Assembly: GCA_002413045.1 (NCBI GenBank)
Contig: DHWF01000027.1
Location: 41,413 to 105,412 of the forward strand
Direction of reading: 5' to 3'
Source: Chloroflexi bacterium UBA5189
GTDB lineage: Bacteria > Chloroflexota > Limnocylindria > Limnocylindrales > CSP1-4
Length of the DNA stretch: 64,000 nucleotides
The notes below the pieces were generated by a model. The model was not told the DNA's origin. It saw only the letters and a list, made by a program, of their open reading frames with translations, and did not search any database. Positions 63,826-64,000 of the stretch are shown here, piece by piece (within the stretch, counting starts at the first letter, position 1; each line of letters opens with the position of its first letter). The translations under genes were made by a program, and so were the position numbers.

Positions 63826-64000
63826 GCCGTGCGACTCGCGAAGCCGTCGAGGACGCCGGTCCGCCGCAGCGATCGCTCGAGGAGATACGAACCGCCGGCC
63901 ACGATGACCAGCGCGGAGACCGCCATCGCGACGGCCCGAATCAGCTGCAAGGTGAGATCCGCGTCCGCGTAGTACAGGGCCCAGTCGTGGACCCACGCGG
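63822..64000 (-). CDS. partial CDS (C-terminal end, gene begins beyond the right edge): membrane protein, possible ECF substrate-capture component
   Basis: Hand translation in a second minus frame: WVHDWALYYADADLTLQLIRAVAMAVSALVIVAGGSYLLERSLRRTGVLDGFASRTA, stop at 63822-63824. It is hydrophobic and lies directly upstream of the ECF ATPase. Confidence 0.4.
   Translation of the reverse strand, partial: AWVHDWALYYADADLTLQLIRAVAMAVSALVIVAGGSYLLERSLRRTGVLDGFASRTA

Overview
Very GC-rich (strong GC3 bias) bacterial chromosome segment, probably Actinomycetota- or Chloroflexota-like, with many GTG/TTG starts and ATGA/GTGA coupled genes. All family names are recalled by eye from the translations, no search was run, and start codons are best guesses. 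Positions 1 to about 22.6 kb hold a complete phage-tail-like contractile injection system (CIS/eCIS-type) locus in two divergent operons. The minus strand carries a DUF4255 terminator-like gene, an Afp15-like AAA+ ATPase and a truncated effector-like ORF. The plus strand carries sheath, tube, a chaperone-like ORF, a 52-codon ORF missing from the ORF track, a 715-aa Ala/Pro/Ser-rich protein, a second tube, a LysM protein, VgrG/gpD spike, gp25, baseplate J and gpI. I found no PAAR gene, tail-fibre gene, capsid, terminase, integrase or lysis gene. The part that looks new is the accessory set at the distal end. It consists of a zinc-ribbon / ~450-aa Ala-Glu-Lys helix / double-zinc-ribbon protein in the fibre/tape-measure slot, a MalT-like STAND NTPase with a C-terminal SARP DNA-binding module, a double-zinc-ribbon/TM/TolB-like beta-propeller protein with paralogous ribbons, and a bitopic Ig-like-repeat membrane protein. 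Together they read as a regulated, membrane-tethered, probably cytoplasmic CIS. A 21-nt-phased direct repeat in the divergent CIS promoter is a candidate SARP operator. The remaining ~40 kb is ordinary housekeeping: an orphan DNA methyltransferase, an epimerase/DUF1611 pair, an F420-type LLM oxidoreductase, an RCK channel, tRNA-Glu(CUC), acetoacetyl-CoA synthetase, acyl-CoA dehydrogenase, adenosine deaminase, lipA plus a 2-oxoacid dehydrogenase operon, plsY, glpKD, mutY, MFS and ECF transporters. No rRNA, CRISPR array, IS element or prophage was seen.
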